A stretch of DNA of 64,000 bases from a virus. Lineage: Duplodnaviria > Caudoviricetes. Below are positions 1-9,993 of the stretch, piece by piece (the stretch's first letter is position 1; each line of letters starts with the position of its first letter). The notes under the pieces are model-generated. The model saw only the letters and a list, made by a program, of their open reading frames with translations, ran no database searches and was not told the origin of the DNA. The stretch covers positions 58,745 through 122,744 of the IMG/VR virus record IMGVR_UViG_3300036797_000054, one strand, 5' to 3'. The translations under genes and the position numbers were made by a program.

Positions 1-112
1 AGCGTGTTGGTCCTCGATGCAAACGATGGAAGCGCGAAGGGGATGAAGATCACGTCCGTGGGCTGCGCGAGGATGCGTTCGTGACCAAGCTGAAGCACGA
101 ACTGCACACCCG

Positions 113-319
113 ATGATCGACCTCAAGCTGATCGAGGCGCTGAAAGCAAAGCTCGCTGAGCGCGTGACGGACAAGGTGCCGTTTGTCGAGCTCTCGCTGC
201 ATTTCAGGCAGGGTTCGTATGAGAACTGGACAGTCGAGTCGCCATTGCTGCCCGACGGCGTAGACGCTTTCGGCGTCACGCCTGACGATGCGATCAAGAT
301 GGCCCTCAGCCATCTGTGA
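113..319 (+). CDS. hypothetical protein
   Basis: ORF coupled to both neighbours by ATGA/GTGA overlaps. Confidence 0.6.
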   Translation: MIDLKLIEALKAKLAERVTDKVPFVELSLHFRQGSYENWTVESPLLPDGVDAFGVTPDDAIKMALSHL

Positions 320-831
320 CCGCCATGAACGACTCGTTTGAGGATCGCGCTGCGCGTAGCCGGGAGCTGGTGCATCCACTGGGGATCACGTTGCCGCCGT
401 GGTACGTCGCCGTCTACGACGAGGGCGTCCGGCTGAGCGAGCAGGAGTGGCCCTACATCTATGGGGGCGGCCACAACGCGACGTTCTCGCCCTCGGTGGG
501 GCTGACCAAAGGGTCGGTCAAGGGCTACGACTGCGGCTCGTTCACGAGCAAGGTCATGCACGCGGGCTTGCCCGAGCTCGTGCCGCTGCCGTTGACGACG
601 AGCGAGATCGAGAAGTGGGGTGCGTCGGGCTGGGGCGAGTATCTGGCGTGGTGGGTCGTGGACGGGATCGTCAACGAGGTGTTCACCGAACACACCGTGA
701 TCGAATTTCGCAAGGGCGTCCCGGCCGCGCACGCTTTCCTGATGGCCCATCACACCAACGGCCCACCGTGCGGATTCGTCGCTCGCGGCGACTGGAATCC
801 CAAGGGCTATCACGCGCGCCGCCGTCCGTAA
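316..831 (+). CDS. NlpC/P60-like cysteine peptidase
   Basis: PYIYGGGH...GYDCGSFTS resembles the NlpC/P60 PYxxGG...DCSG(F) motif; downstream His (EHTVI). Confidence 0.65.
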   Translation: MTAMNDSFEDRAARSRELVHPLGITLPPWYVAVYDEGVRLSEQEWPYIYGGGHNATFSPSVGLTKGSVKGYDCGSFTSKVMHAGLPELVPLPLTTSEIEKWGASGWGEYLAWWVVDGIVNEVFTEHTVIEFRKGVPAAHAFLMAHHTNGPPCGFVARGDWNPKGYHARRRP

Positions 832-889
832 AAGCGTCCGAACGCTGCCATAGGCTCGCTCGCGCTACGCCAACCACTGGAGGTGCGAA

Positions 890-2149
890 ATGCCCGATGC
901 AGCCGTAACCGACGAGTCAGCCGACGAGGCGCTGATCACCGGCAAGAGCTCACCCGAGGATGCAGCCGAGACGGGAGCTGCCCGCGAGGCAGCCGCGCTC
1001 GCTGACCCATCCGACGCGACACTGCCTGCGCGCCATCAGTACGACCGCACGCAAGTCGAGGTCATCAAACAGACCGTCGCGAAAGACCTTACGCCTGCGG
1101 AGATGGCGTGGTTCCTGGAGGTCAGCGCGCGCTACGGGCTGGACCCGCTGCTGAAGGAGATCTTCGCGGCCAAGTTCAGCGGCAGCAACGGCCCGGTCGC
1201 GATCTTCACGGGCCGCGACGGCTACCTCAAGGCGGCCAAGCACGGCGGCAAATTCGTGCGCATGACCAGCCACGTCGTGCGCGAGAAAGACGAGTTCGTC
1301 AAGATGATCGACACCGCGGCCAGCGAGGAAGAGGGCCGCGAGATCCTGACGATCCGCCACGTCGCCGAGGGCTTTGGCACCGAGAAGCGCGGCAAGATCG
1401 TCGGCGCGTACGCAATGGTGTGGACGACTGCCTCGAAGCACCCGTGGTATGCCGATGCGCCGTGGGAGGAATTCGGCGAGAAGCGTCAAGCGCCCGGCGG
1501 CAAGCCCGGCACCTGGACGCTCGACAACGACAAGGGCTACCCCGAGCAGATGATGGTCAAGGTGCCCGAGTCGATCGCGCTGCGCAAGGCGTGCGGCCTC
1601 TCGGGCCTCTACGCCGAGGAGGAGCTTGCCCAGCAGATCGCCGCCGCCAACGAGCGGCCTGCGCTGAGCAGCGCTGGCGGCGCAGCTCCCACGGTCGAGT
1701 ACCCCGAGGATGAGCGCGGCCAGTTGATCGAGGCGATGGTCAACCGCGCTAATGAGCTCGTGCCCGGCGCGTTCCGTGCCGCGAAGGTGCGCCTGGAACT
1801 GGGCACCGGCGATGACGAGCGCCTCGATGCGTTCACCGAGCGCCTGCGCAAGTTCATCGCCCAGCGCGAGCCCAACGATCCGCTCGTCGTGGTCGAGACA
1901 GTCGCTGTCGATGAGTCCGAGGTCGAGCAGCCCGAGGACGGCGAGCACGAGGACGGCGAGCAGGCCGAGGGCGAGTCGCCCACGGGCGACATCACCACCA
2001 CGGCCGATCGCCTGAAAAGCGCGGTCGCCGACATCGAAGCGCAACTGGATGATCCCGACCTGTCCCCCGAGGACCGGCGCAAGGCTGAGGCCGAGCTGGT
2101 GCAGCTCAACGGCGAACTGGAGGCCGAGGAAGCCGACGGCGGCGCATGA
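890..2149 (+). CDS. RecT/Bet-family single-strand annealing protein
   Basis: GLDPLLKEIF, TGRDGYLKAA and MMVKVPESIALRKA motifs; GGAGG RBS; adjacent exonuclease. Confidence 0.85.
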   Translation: MPDAAVTDESADEALITGKSSPEDAAETGAAREAAALADPSDATLPARHQYDRTQVEVIKQTVAKDLTPAEMAWFLEVSARYGLDPLLKEIFAAKFSGSNGPVAIFTGRDGYLKAAKHGGKFVRMTSHVVREKDEFVKMIDTAASEEEGREILTIRHVAEGFGTEKRGKIVGAYAMVWTTASKHPWYADAPWEEFGEKRQAPGGKPGTWTLDNDKGYPEQMMVKVPESIALRKACGLSGLYAEEELAQQIAAANERPALSSAGGAAPTVEYPEDERGQLIEAMVNRANELVPGAFRAAKVRLELGTGDDERLDAFTERLRKFIAQREPNDPLVVVETVAVDESEVEQPEDGEHEDGEQAEGESPTGDITTTADRLKSAVADIEAQLDDPDLSPEDRRKAEAELVQLNGELEAEEADGGA

Positions 2150-3780
2150 CCAGCGTCATCACGGACTATCGCGCGGAGGACGTCCCGTTCCCCCGCGCGA
2201 TGACCCGTTTCCCCACGCTGCGCCAGTCGCTGCTCGGGTCCTTCGACCTGTGCGCGCTGGAGGCGATCTTCGAGTCCGAAAGCGCCTTCATCGGCGACCT
2301 GGACGATCCGCTGCGCATGGAGTGGTCTACGCATGAACAGGGCCGCGGCACGCTCTTCCACCGCTGGGCCGCGCGACTGCTGAATCTGCTCGCCTCGCTT
2401 GGAGGCGACCGGCTGAAGGACGACGTGGAGTGCCCCGAGTGTGGCCTTGAGCCCAACTTGAAGCTGAACGAGGGCGACTCCGAATACCAGGAGGGCAACG
2501 CCTGCCCGCACTGCGCCAAGGTCCGTCCCGAGAAGGACGTACGGCTCGTGCGCAAGCCGTTGACCGACGTGGCGCTCGACCTGCTGATCGAGGTCAGCCG
2601 TCAAGCCGACGTGGAGCCCGAGGACATCGTGACGGTGCCTCAGCACGAAAAGAAGGATCTCGAATGGATCGTGACCAAGTTCGCGCGCGAGCAGAGCTTC
2701 GGCATCAGCACGTTCGTTGCGGCCGAGGAGCGGCTGATGTCCACGCTGGAGTACCCCAACCCCAAAGGCGGCGCGGTCCAGCGCGTGCTCACCGGCCAGC
2801 TCGACGCTCTGTTCGTGGAGGAGGAAGAGGACGGCGACCACGCCGTCGTGATCGACTACAAGGACACCTGGGCCATCCCCGGCGCAACGTCGATCAGCAC
2901 CGACGGCTACTGGCAGCAGCGCTTCTACGCGTGGCTGGTCATGCGCACCTACCCGACGGTGCAGCGCGTCACGCTGAAGGAGGTCTACGTCCGCTTCAAA
3001 GCTGGCGAGCAGGGCGATGAGAACCACCGCTCGGCCACGATCGAGCGTTCACGTCTGCCGCTGATCGAACGCCAGCTCGCCGTCGTCGCCGAGAGCTTTG
3101 ACCGCGCGTGGGAGGCGTTCGAGGAGCAGCGCGAGGTCCAGGCCGAGTGGGACGGCGAATCGGAGCTGCGCGAGCAGCTTGCGGAGCGGCTGGCGAAGAT
3201 CACGCGTCGCGCCCGCGCGCTGACCCGGCCGACGCCGGGGGGGCACTGCAACTACTGCCCGAAGCCCACGCAGTGCCCGATCGCCGAGAGCGTGCGCGTG
3301 CACGGCACGATCCACACGCTGGAGGACGCCGAACGCGTGACCGGGGAGATGACGGTGGCGAAGCGCATGGTCAAGCACCGCGAGACGGCGCTCAAGGGCT
3401 ACCTCGGCAAAGGAGGCACCGACACCGAGCGCGCTGCACCGTTGCGCAAGAGCAGCGAGGGGCTGAAAACCTACAAAGACCGGCGTCCGGGGTTGCCCGA
3501 GGGCGTACCTGTCAAGAACGCCAAGGGTGACAAGGCGTACGCGATGGTCGAGGGCAAACGCAAATCCTCGCCCAGTCGCGAGCAGGTGGAGGAGCTGATC
3601 ATGGCCGCGGGCAAGGGAGTGCCGATCAACCTGGACGACTACTACCGCGAGGTCGCCTCCTCGACGCTGCGGCTGGTCGAGCCTGCGGTGCCGACGGACG
3701 ACGCGCAGGAGGTCAGTCCTGAGATCGAGATAGCGCTCGCGCACTCGATGCAGCGTCTGGAAACCGCACGGCGCGTATGA
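2146..3780 (+). CDS. PD-(D/E)XK (RecB/Cas4-like) exonuclease
   Basis: GQLDAL...IDYKD...QQRFYA and a C-terminal HCNYCP..QCP cysteine cluster; paired with RecT. Confidence 0.8.
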   Translation: MTSVITDYRAEDVPFPRAMTRFPTLRQSLLGSFDLCALEAIFESESAFIGDLDDPLRMEWSTHEQGRGTLFHRWAARLLNLLASLGGDRLKDDVECPECGLEPNLKLNEGDSEYQEGNACPHCAKVRPEKDVRLVRKPLTDVALDLLIEVSRQADVEPEDIVTVPQHEKKDLEWIVTKFAREQSFGISTFVAAEERLMSTLEYPNPKGGAVQRVLTGQLDALFVEEEEDGDHAVVIDYKDTWAIPGATSISTDGYWQQRFYAWLVMRTYPTVQRVTLKEVYVRFKAGEQGDENHRSATIERSRLPLIERQLAVVAESFDRAWEAFEEQREVQAEWDGESELREQLAERLAKITRRARALTRPTPGGHCNYCPKPTQCPIAESVRVHGTIHTLEDAERVTGEMTVAKRMVKHRETALKGYLGKGGTDTERAAPLRKSSEGLKTYKDRRPGLPEGVPVKNAKGDKAYAMVEGKRKSSPSREQVEELIMAAGKGVPINLDDYYREVASSTLRLVEPAVPTDDAQEVSPEIEIALAHSMQRLETARRV

Positions 3781-4523
3781 AACGCTCGAAGGGACTCGCG
3801 CGAAAGACGGCCCTGCGCTCATCGTCGCTCGATAGACGCTGCGCGCGATGCGGTACGCCTTTCCGTGTTCGGTTCCCATCGGATGTGGCTCGATATTGCT
3901 CGCGCGAGTGCGGCAGCAACGCAAAGCGAGAGTCAGCCTCACGTCCGCGTCCTGATCGCCGATCCCGCGCCAAACGCAAGTGCACCTACTGCGGGGCAGA
4001 GTTCGAGCGTCCCCTTTCGCGCAGCAAGGCCACAGCGCCCTACTGCTCGCGTGCCTGTTGGAAAGCCGACGCGCCAGCGAGACGCGCCGATGCGCGGCGT
4101 GCTGCGGAAGCCGCCGAGCCCGCGGACAGGTGCGGCGAACGCAACCCCAACTATCGACACGGCCGACGGACAGGCGTACATGATCGCGCGGGTGAGCGCA
4201 GATGGAGAGCAGCACGCGGCCGCAGATGCGAGGACCCGCGTTGCAAAGGACGCTGCGGCAGGCTGATCCAGCACCACGTCGTGTATCGCCAGAAGGTCGA
4301 ACGGGCGCAAGGCGATATTTGGGACCCCCGCAACAGCATGACGCTCGGCAACGGCTGCCACAGTCGCCACCACAACAGCACGAAGGGCAAGTTGCCGTTG
4401 ACGGCGATCCCGTCGGCGGCGATAGAGTTTGCGTACGAGCTACTTGGCCCAGCCGCACACGACTACCTGAAACGCCGCTACGCAGGCACCGACCCGCGAG
4501 TCGAGGCGCTTCTCGATGGCTGA
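3777..4523 (+). CDS. HNH endonuclease-like protein with N-terminal Zn-finger repeats
   Basis: Two CxxCG..F...YCSRxC repeats, then HHVV...N..TL...CHSRHH. Confidence 0.7.
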   Translation: MKRSKGLARKTALRSSSLDRRCARCGTPFRVRFPSDVARYCSRECGSNAKRESASRPRPDRRSRAKRKCTYCGAEFERPLSRSKATAPYCSRACWKADAPARRADARRAAEAAEPADRCGERNPNYRHGRRTGVHDRAGERRWRAARGRRCEDPRCKGRCGRLIQHHVVYRQKVERAQGDIWDPRNSMTLGNGCHSRHHNSTKGKLPLTAIPSAAIEFAYELLGPAAHDYLKRRYAGTDPRVEALLDG

Positions 4524-4851
4524 CACGCTCACGCGGAAAACGCCGGTGACGATGAGCGTCGGCGGCCAGGTCTGGAACGGGCTGCTCCAGCAGGTGTGCG
4601 CTCGGCTCGGCCACCACTGGCGGCCCTATGGCAAGCCGCGCTCCGATGGCTACAACCTGCCTCACGGCCAGCGCGACTACTGCACCCGCTGCGAAGGCCA
4701 GCAGATCACGTTCAGGGATGGGTCCGTTGAGACGTGCACAAAGGCAGAGCTCTTGGCGTGCGAGCCCCGCTTCGCTGAGGCGCTGTACGAGGCGCGGTGG
4801 GGCGATCGACCAAGACAGAAGCTGTGGAGAGGCGAGTGGCCCGCGGTCTAG
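4516..4851 (+). CDS. hypothetical protein
   Basis: Coupled ORF with CxxC. Confidence 0.55.
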   Translation: MADTLTRKTPVTMSVGGQVWNGLLQQVCARLGHHWRPYGKPRSDGYNLPHGQRDYCTRCEGQQITFRDGSVETCTKAELLACEPRFAEALYEARWGDRPRQKLWRGEWPAV

Positions 4852-4930
4852 CTAGCCTCGCGCAGAGCCGCGAGCACGAGCGCAGGGTCGATGCAGCGAC
4901 AATAGACCCCAATCCCAACGGAGGTGCGAG

Positions 4931-6772
4931 ATGCCAGATGAGAATGAGCTGCGCGTAGCGCGCAACCTCGCGCTGCCGTTGGCGCTGGTTGGCGAGAGCG
5001 TGGCGATCCTCGCCAAGCGCAACGCGGGCAAGACCTACGCCGCGAGCGTGATCGAGGAGGAGCTGATCAGCCACGGCCAGCAGGTGGTCGTGCTCGACCC
5101 CGTGGGCGTGCACTACGGCCTGCGCTCGAACGCCAAGGGCACAGGCGCAGGGCTGCCCGTGGTCGTGCTCGGCGGCGAACACGGCGACCTTCCGATCAAC
5201 GGCGACTCGGGGACGATCATCGCCGACTTGGTGATCGACGCGTGGCCGCAGTCGTTCGTGATCGACACGTCGCTGTTTGACTCCAACGCCGAACAGGATC
5301 GCTTCGCCGAGGCGTTCGGTGAACGCCTGTACCGCCGCAAGGCGCGCGACAAGCGGCCGATGATGCTCGTGCTGGAGGAGGCCGACACGGTGGCCCCGCA
5401 GTCGCCGATGCCCGATCAGCGCCGCATGGTCGGCGCGTACACGACGATCGCGCGCCGCGGTCGCTCGCGCGGCATCGGCTACCTGGCGATCACGCAGCGC
5501 GCCGCGGCGCTGCACAAGGACTTGACCACGCAGGCCGAGCTCGTCGTCGTCATGCAGATCATCGGCAGCCAGGACCGCGACGCGATCGACAAGTGGGTCA
5601 AGTCCAACGCCACGGCCGAGGAACGCGAGGAAGTGATGTCCTCGCTGCCGAGCCTCCAGCAGGGTGAAGCGTGGGTGTGGTCGCCCGGTTGGCTGCGGTT
5701 GCGCCAGCGGATCAAATTCCGCACACGCCGGACCTTCGACGCATCGCGCACGCCTGCGCCCGGCGAGCAGCGCGCTGAGCCCACGGGCCGTGCCGAGGTC
5801 AATCTCGACGCCGTGCGGGTGCAGATCGAGGCTGCGACGAAGGAGGCCAAAGCCAACGATCCCAAGGCACTGCGCGAGCGCGTGCGCGAGCTGGAACGCA
5901 TGCTATCGCCGCAGAATGCTCCCGAGGATGCCCAGTACGAGCTGGTCTACCCGTTCAGCGATGAGGAACTGGACAATGCGATCGCCGACGCCGAGCAAGC
6001 AATGGCGCGCAACGGCTCTGCGCGCGAGGCCGTGGCGCAGACGATCGCGACGTTGGAAGGCATGTGCAGCGAGCTGCGCGAGGACCAGCCGCGTCTCAAC
6101 CGCCTCCACACCGTCCTCAAATCGTGGCGCGAATCCAAAGAGGACACGATCGCCTCGCTCGACGTGCTGCTCGTCAAGGCCGCAGGCAACCGCGTTGCAG
6201 GCGGTATGAGCCGCCGCGTGGCCCGCAAGGGTGGTTCTGCACCCGTGGCAGCGGCTGCGGCTCAGAACGGCCAGCAGCGCCCGCAGACGGGACAGGACGA
6301 CTCCACGTTGAAGAAGGCCGAACGCACGATCCTCGGCGTGCTGGCGCAGTTCCCCGACGGTCGCTCGGTCAAGCAGCTCGCACTGCTCACGGGCTACTCG
6401 GCCACGAGCGGCGGCTTTCGCAATGCTCTCGGCAAGTTGCGCACCGCGGAGTACATCAGCCGCGATCATCCGGTGCGGATCACCGAAGCGGGAGTCGAGG
6501 CCATCGGCGGCCAGTTCGAGCCGATGCCGACGGGTGATGCTCTGTTCGACTACTGGCTGCGCAAGCTGAAGCGTGCCGAACGCGAGATCCTGAACACCGT
6601 GCGCTACGACGCCATGAGCACCGAGCGCGCCGCCGAGCTCACGGGCTACAGTCCGACCAGCGGCGGCTTTCGCAACGCGCTGGGCAAGCTGCGCACACTC
6701 GACCTGATCGAGAAAGGGCAGCCGATCACGCTCACCGCGGAGTTTGCGAGCGCCGTCTGCAACGAGCTCTAG
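4931..6772 (+). CDS. HerA/FtsK-superfamily P-loop ATPase with two C-terminal HTH-like repeats
   Basis: Walker A AKRNAGKT, VVLDPVG, Walker B LVLEEAD, RRGRSRGI, ITQR; repeated LTGYSxTSGGFRNALGKLRT. Confidence 0.8.
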   Translation: MPDENELRVARNLALPLALVGESVAILAKRNAGKTYAASVIEEELISHGQQVVVLDPVGVHYGLRSNAKGTGAGLPVVVLGGEHGDLPINGDSGTIIADLVIDAWPQSFVIDTSLFDSNAEQDRFAEAFGERLYRRKARDKRPMMLVLEEADTVAPQSPMPDQRRMVGAYTTIARRGRSRGIGYLAITQRAAALHKDLTTQAELVVVMQIIGSQDRDAIDKWVKSNATAEEREEVMSSLPSLQQGEAWVWSPGWLRLRQRIKFRTRRTFDASRTPAPGEQRAEPTGRAEVNLDAVRVQIEAATKEAKANDPKALRERVRELERMLSPQNAPEDAQYELVYPFSDEELDNAIADAEQAMARNGSAREAVAQTIATLEGMCSELREDQPRLNRLHTVLKSWRESKEDTIASLDVLLVKAAGNRVAGGMSRRVARKGGSAPVAAAAAQNGQQRPQTGQDDSTLKKAERTILGVLAQFPDGRSVKQLALLTGYSATSGGFRNALGKLRTAEYISRDHPVRITEAGVEAIGGQFEPMPTGDALFDYWLRKLKRAEREILNTVRYDAMSTERAAELTGYSPTSGGFRNALGKLRTLDLIEKGQPITLTAEFASAVCNEL

Positions 6773-6907
6773 CGACTCTTGCAGGACTGTCCGGGTCGTG
6801 TGAGGAAATACCCCGGACAGTGCGAGACGCACGTCTCGCGGCGGGCTGATCGGCTGGCAATATGCCGCGCCGATTCCTCGCTCCATTCATCGGACAGGAG
6901 GGCGCAG

Positions 6908-7426
6908 ATGAGCGCAACAGCAACAAGAGAGGCGGAGGCGGCGATGGCGGACGGTGCGGACGGTGCGAGCAACGGCGAGAGCCCGGATGACGGCGAGACC
7001 CAGCGTCGCTCGCTGGAGGACTTGGCGGCACAGGAGCCCGACGCCGACGCGGAGATCGAGCAGTTCACGCTGTTCGGGACCGGCTCGCGGCTGAACAGCA
7101 AGGTCGGCGGCCCGAAAGTCACGGCCTCGGCGGCACGCTTCACCGCCAAGCGCCAGGAACTGCCGGGCCAGTTCGAGCTCGGCGAGACGGTGCGCGGCAC
7201 CTTCGTCGGGCGCGTGAAGGACTTGCAGTTCCCGACGCGCGCCAACAGCGACGGCAGCTTCGACGTGACGCGCGTGCACGTCATCGAGCTGTCCCGGCTG
7301 AACCAGGCCGAGGACGTGCCCGAGGAGTTCGCCGCCCTCGACGGCCGCGGCCGCGGTGAGGACGACGGGGAGCTGGAGCGCGCGCTGGCACGCATCCGCG
7401 AGCTGGAGGCGCTGCTGGAGGCGTAG
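6908..7426 (+). CDS. hypothetical protein
   Basis: ATG 6908 preceded by AGGAGG. Confidence 0.6.
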   Translation: MSATATREAEAAMADGADGASNGESPDDGETQRRSLEDLAAQEPDADAEIEQFTLFGTGSRLNSKVGGPKVTASAARFTAKRQELPGQFELGETVRGTFVGRVKDLQFPTRANSDGSFDVTRVHVIELSRLNQAEDVPEEFAALDGRGRGEDDGELERALARIRELEALLEA

Positions 7427-7572
7427 CCCAAGAAGCAGCTCGGCCCGGCGCTTGCTCTGGAGGGCGTGCCGGGCCGAGTAACCGATCAACTGACCACGAA
7501 GGGTGTTGACGTATGGGGGAGTGTACAGGCGCATATGACGGACAAACCGCCGCCGGGGCGGCCGACTGAGCG

Positions 7573-8421
7573 ATGGCCGTTGAGAAGACCGTCCAGTTCC
7601 ACTCGCGCTCTCGGCGCGAGGGGTTCACCATGCTGGACAATCCCGTGCTCCGCAGTCGCAAACTGTCTCCCGGAGCAAAGGTGCTGTGGGGGCTGCTCTG
7701 CTTTTACGCGCGCGAGGACGAGTCCTGCTACCCAGGCCAGGACAAGCTCTACACCGAGGTTCCATGCTCGCCCCGCGGCCTGCGCAACTTCCTCTCCGAG
7801 CTCCAGAAGGCCGGGCTGGTCGAGGTCATCCGACGTGGCCTCGGGCGCACCAACGTCTACATCCTCCACGACATCGACAACCTGTTCAGACCGGCACGTG
7901 GTTCCGATCCAGAGAGGAACGACGTGCCGCCTGGATCGGCACGAGGTGCCGATCAGGAGGGGCACGAGGTGCCGGTCCCTGTAACCAAGACGCAGAGGAA
8001 GAAAACTCAGGGGAACAAGAGCCGATACCCGCGAACCATCGGGGACCGTCGAGTGACGGCGACAGAGGGCGAGATGGCGCTCTCGATCTTGGAGCACTGG
8101 AACGCCGCTGCCTGCCAGTCGCTGAGCGCGCAGTCGTTCCTCGAAAAGATTCTGCGCCGGATGCGAGAGCACCCCGAGCTATCGCTGGACGATCACCGGC
8201 GCATCATCGAACGGATACTCAGCGGCGAACGCTGGTGGTCGGGCACTCCCGACCCACGCATCATCTATGGCTCAGACGCGCAGTTTGAGAGCTGTATGGC
8301 GCAAGCTCAGGAGGCAGCGTCTGTACACTCTGAGGTAGACCAGGAGCTGGATTTCGACCGCCACATCAGCGGAGACTCGAATGCACGACATGACGACGAT
8401 AGCCCCAGAGCTGACGACTGA
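7573..8421 (+). CDS. HTH replication initiator (lambda O-like arrangement)
   Basis: FTMLDN..L...LSPGAKVLW..L...CYPGQDKL...L.EL.KAGLV...G.TNVY; internal iterons; followed by DnaC-like gene. Confidence 0.8.
   Translation: MAVEKTVQFHSRSRREGFTMLDNPVLRSRKLSPGAKVLWGLLCFYAREDESCYPGQDKLYTEVPCSPRGLRNFLSELQKAGLVEVIRRGLGRTNVYILHDIDNLFRPARGSDPERNDVPPGSARGADQEGHEVPVPVTKTQRKKTQGNKSRYPRTIGDRRVTATEGEMALSILEHWNAAACQSLSAQSFLEKILRRMREHPELSLDDHRRIIERILSGERWWSGTPDPRIIYGSDAQFESCMAQAQEAASVHSEVDQELDFDRHISGDSNARHDDDSPRADD
7891..7978. repeat. four iteron-like repeats (probable replication origin)
   Basis: GG(C/A)ACGnnGT(G/T)CCG at 7893, 7916, 7938 and 7961 (spacing 23/22/23), followed by an A-rich tract. Confidence 0.7.
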
Positions 8422-9181
8422 GGATGAGGTGCTGGCAAGCCCGTGCCCCGGCTGCGGGCGCGAGGTCAAGCGCACGATCCCTGCTGGCTCCTCGGTAAAG
8501 ATCGCGCGGCACCTGCGCGGCATGGTCGTGACCTGCACCGCCTGCGCCGAGGCCGAAGATGCTGAGATCGAGGCACGCAAAGCGCGCGGCGATCGCGACA
8601 ACCGCATCGAGCGCTGCGAGCTGCCGCCGCTGCTGCGCGGGCTGGTTTGGGACAGCTACGACACGTCCCGCCCCGGTGCCGCGGCCGCCCTGGCCGATGC
8701 CAAGGCGTGGGCGGCTGGCACGCACTCCAAGCGCGGGCTGCTGCTCGTCGGCCCTGTCGGCGTCGGCAAGACGCGCCTGGCCGCGACGGCGATGTGGGCC
8801 GCGCTCGACCGGATCAGCGTGCGCTACGTCAACGTCGCCGAGTTGATCGTGAAGCTGAGCGCCTACGGCGAGCGCGAGCGCACGACGGCGATGCGCATCC
8901 TGACCAACCGCGGCGCGCTCGTGCTGGACGACTTCGACAAGGTGGTCCCGACGATGAACGTGCTGTCGAACCTGCTGATCGCGCTCGACGGGCGCGTGCA
9001 GGCCGGGACGCCGCTGATCGCGACGAGCAACCTGCGCCCCGACGCGCTCTACAAGGCGTTCAAGACGCCGCGGCGAGGCGATGACGCGAAAGAGCGCGAG
9101 GTGGCTGCCCGCGCGATCGTCTCGCGGCTCATCGGGCACTGCACCATCCACGAGATCCGCGGCGAGGACGGCCGCCGGTGA
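8381..9181 (+). CDS. DnaC/IstB-like AAA+ helicase loader
   Basis: N-terminal CPGC...CTAC; GLLLVGPVGVGKT, LVLDDFDK, IATSNL, SRL. Confidence 0.85.
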   Translation: MHDMTTIAPELTTEDEVLASPCPGCGREVKRTIPAGSSVKIARHLRGMVVTCTACAEAEDAEIEARKARGDRDNRIERCELPPLLRGLVWDSYDTSRPGAAAALADAKAWAAGTHSKRGLLLVGPVGVGKTRLAATAMWAALDRISVRYVNVAELIVKLSAYGERERTTAMRILTNRGALVLDDFDKVVPTMNVLSNLLIALDGRVQAGTPLIATSNLRPDALYKAFKTPRRGDDAKEREVAARAIVSRLIGHCTIHEIRGEDGRR

Positions 9182-9220
9182 TTCTTTTCATCCTCGTGCC
9201 GCGGCTGAGCTCGGGCTAGA

Positions 9221-9298
9221 CTCGCCGCCAGGGGCATCGCAGCAGGAGAGCACCTGTCCCGCGGGTGCCCTCAATCCGGTTCGACTCCGGTGGCGAGG
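9221..9298 (+). ncRNA. tRNA-like element (acceptor + T-arm, no D-arm)
   Basis: CTCGCCG/TGGCGAG 7-bp stem, CCGG-TTCGACT-CCGG T-arm, long intervening hairpin. Confidence 0.4.
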
Positions 9299-9365
9299 AG
9301 GGATCAACGGTGTGCACGCCGCCCTCCCCGTACACGGTGTCCGCGTGCGACCGTAGGGTCCGCCC

Positions 9366-9983
9366 ATGCCGCTGCTGGCGCAGCAGGAGTTGATCGAGGT
9401 AGCACCCGAGCGGCACGTCGTCGTGCCCTCGGCGCTGCGCGACGTGGTGGGCTGGTGGGGCATCGACGTGAGCACGCGCCGCTACAACGTCGGCTACGTC
9501 ACCCAGTCGATGGACCGCGGTGTGCACAGCGTGCGCCTTGGCGAGGCGAACGACAACGTGGGCGAGCGGCTCACACGCTTTGCTCGCCAACTGCGGCTGT
9601 TGCTCCAGACGATGCTCGGCGAGGGCATCGCGCCGCCCGCGGTCGTGTTCGTGGAGCATCCCGCGGGCAAGAACGTCGAGCCGGTGCTGTGGTACGCCGT
9701 CGGCACCGCCACGCAGGTCGCCTACGAGACGATCGCCGACAGCTACGGCTACGTGCCGCGCGTTGAGACGATCCCGCCGAGCTCGTGGAAGCTGAAAGCT
9801 GTCGGCCGCGGCAACCTGCCCAAGCCCAAGCGCGAGCGCGGCAAGCCGCGCCCCGAGCTCGACGCCTATCCGGTCTGGCGATGGGCGCGCACGCTCGGCC
9901 TCGCTGAGAATGCGAGCTGGGACGACGCCGATGCCTACGGGATCGCCGAGGCGGCGCGCAGGACAATAGGCATCGCGCCTTAG
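9366..9983 (+). CDS. RuvC-like Holliday junction resolvase
   Basis: GIDVST, VFVEHP, PSSWK and DDADAYGIA acidic motifs. Confidence 0.8.
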   Translation: MPLLAQQELIEVAPERHVVVPSALRDVVGWWGIDVSTRRYNVGYVTQSMDRGVHSVRLGEANDNVGERLTRFARQLRLLLQTMLGEGIAPPAVVFVEHPAGKNVEPVLWYAVGTATQVAYETIADSYGYVPRVETIPPSSWKLKAVGRGNLPKPKRERGKPRPELDAYPVWRWARTLGLAENASWDDADAYGIAEAARRTIGIAP

Positions 9984-9993
9984 CCTCTTCTGC

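Noticed and set aside
2146-3780. Cas4-like nuclease as evidence of CRISPR-Cas
   Set aside because: No repeat-spacer array or other cas genes seen; pairing with RecT explains it.
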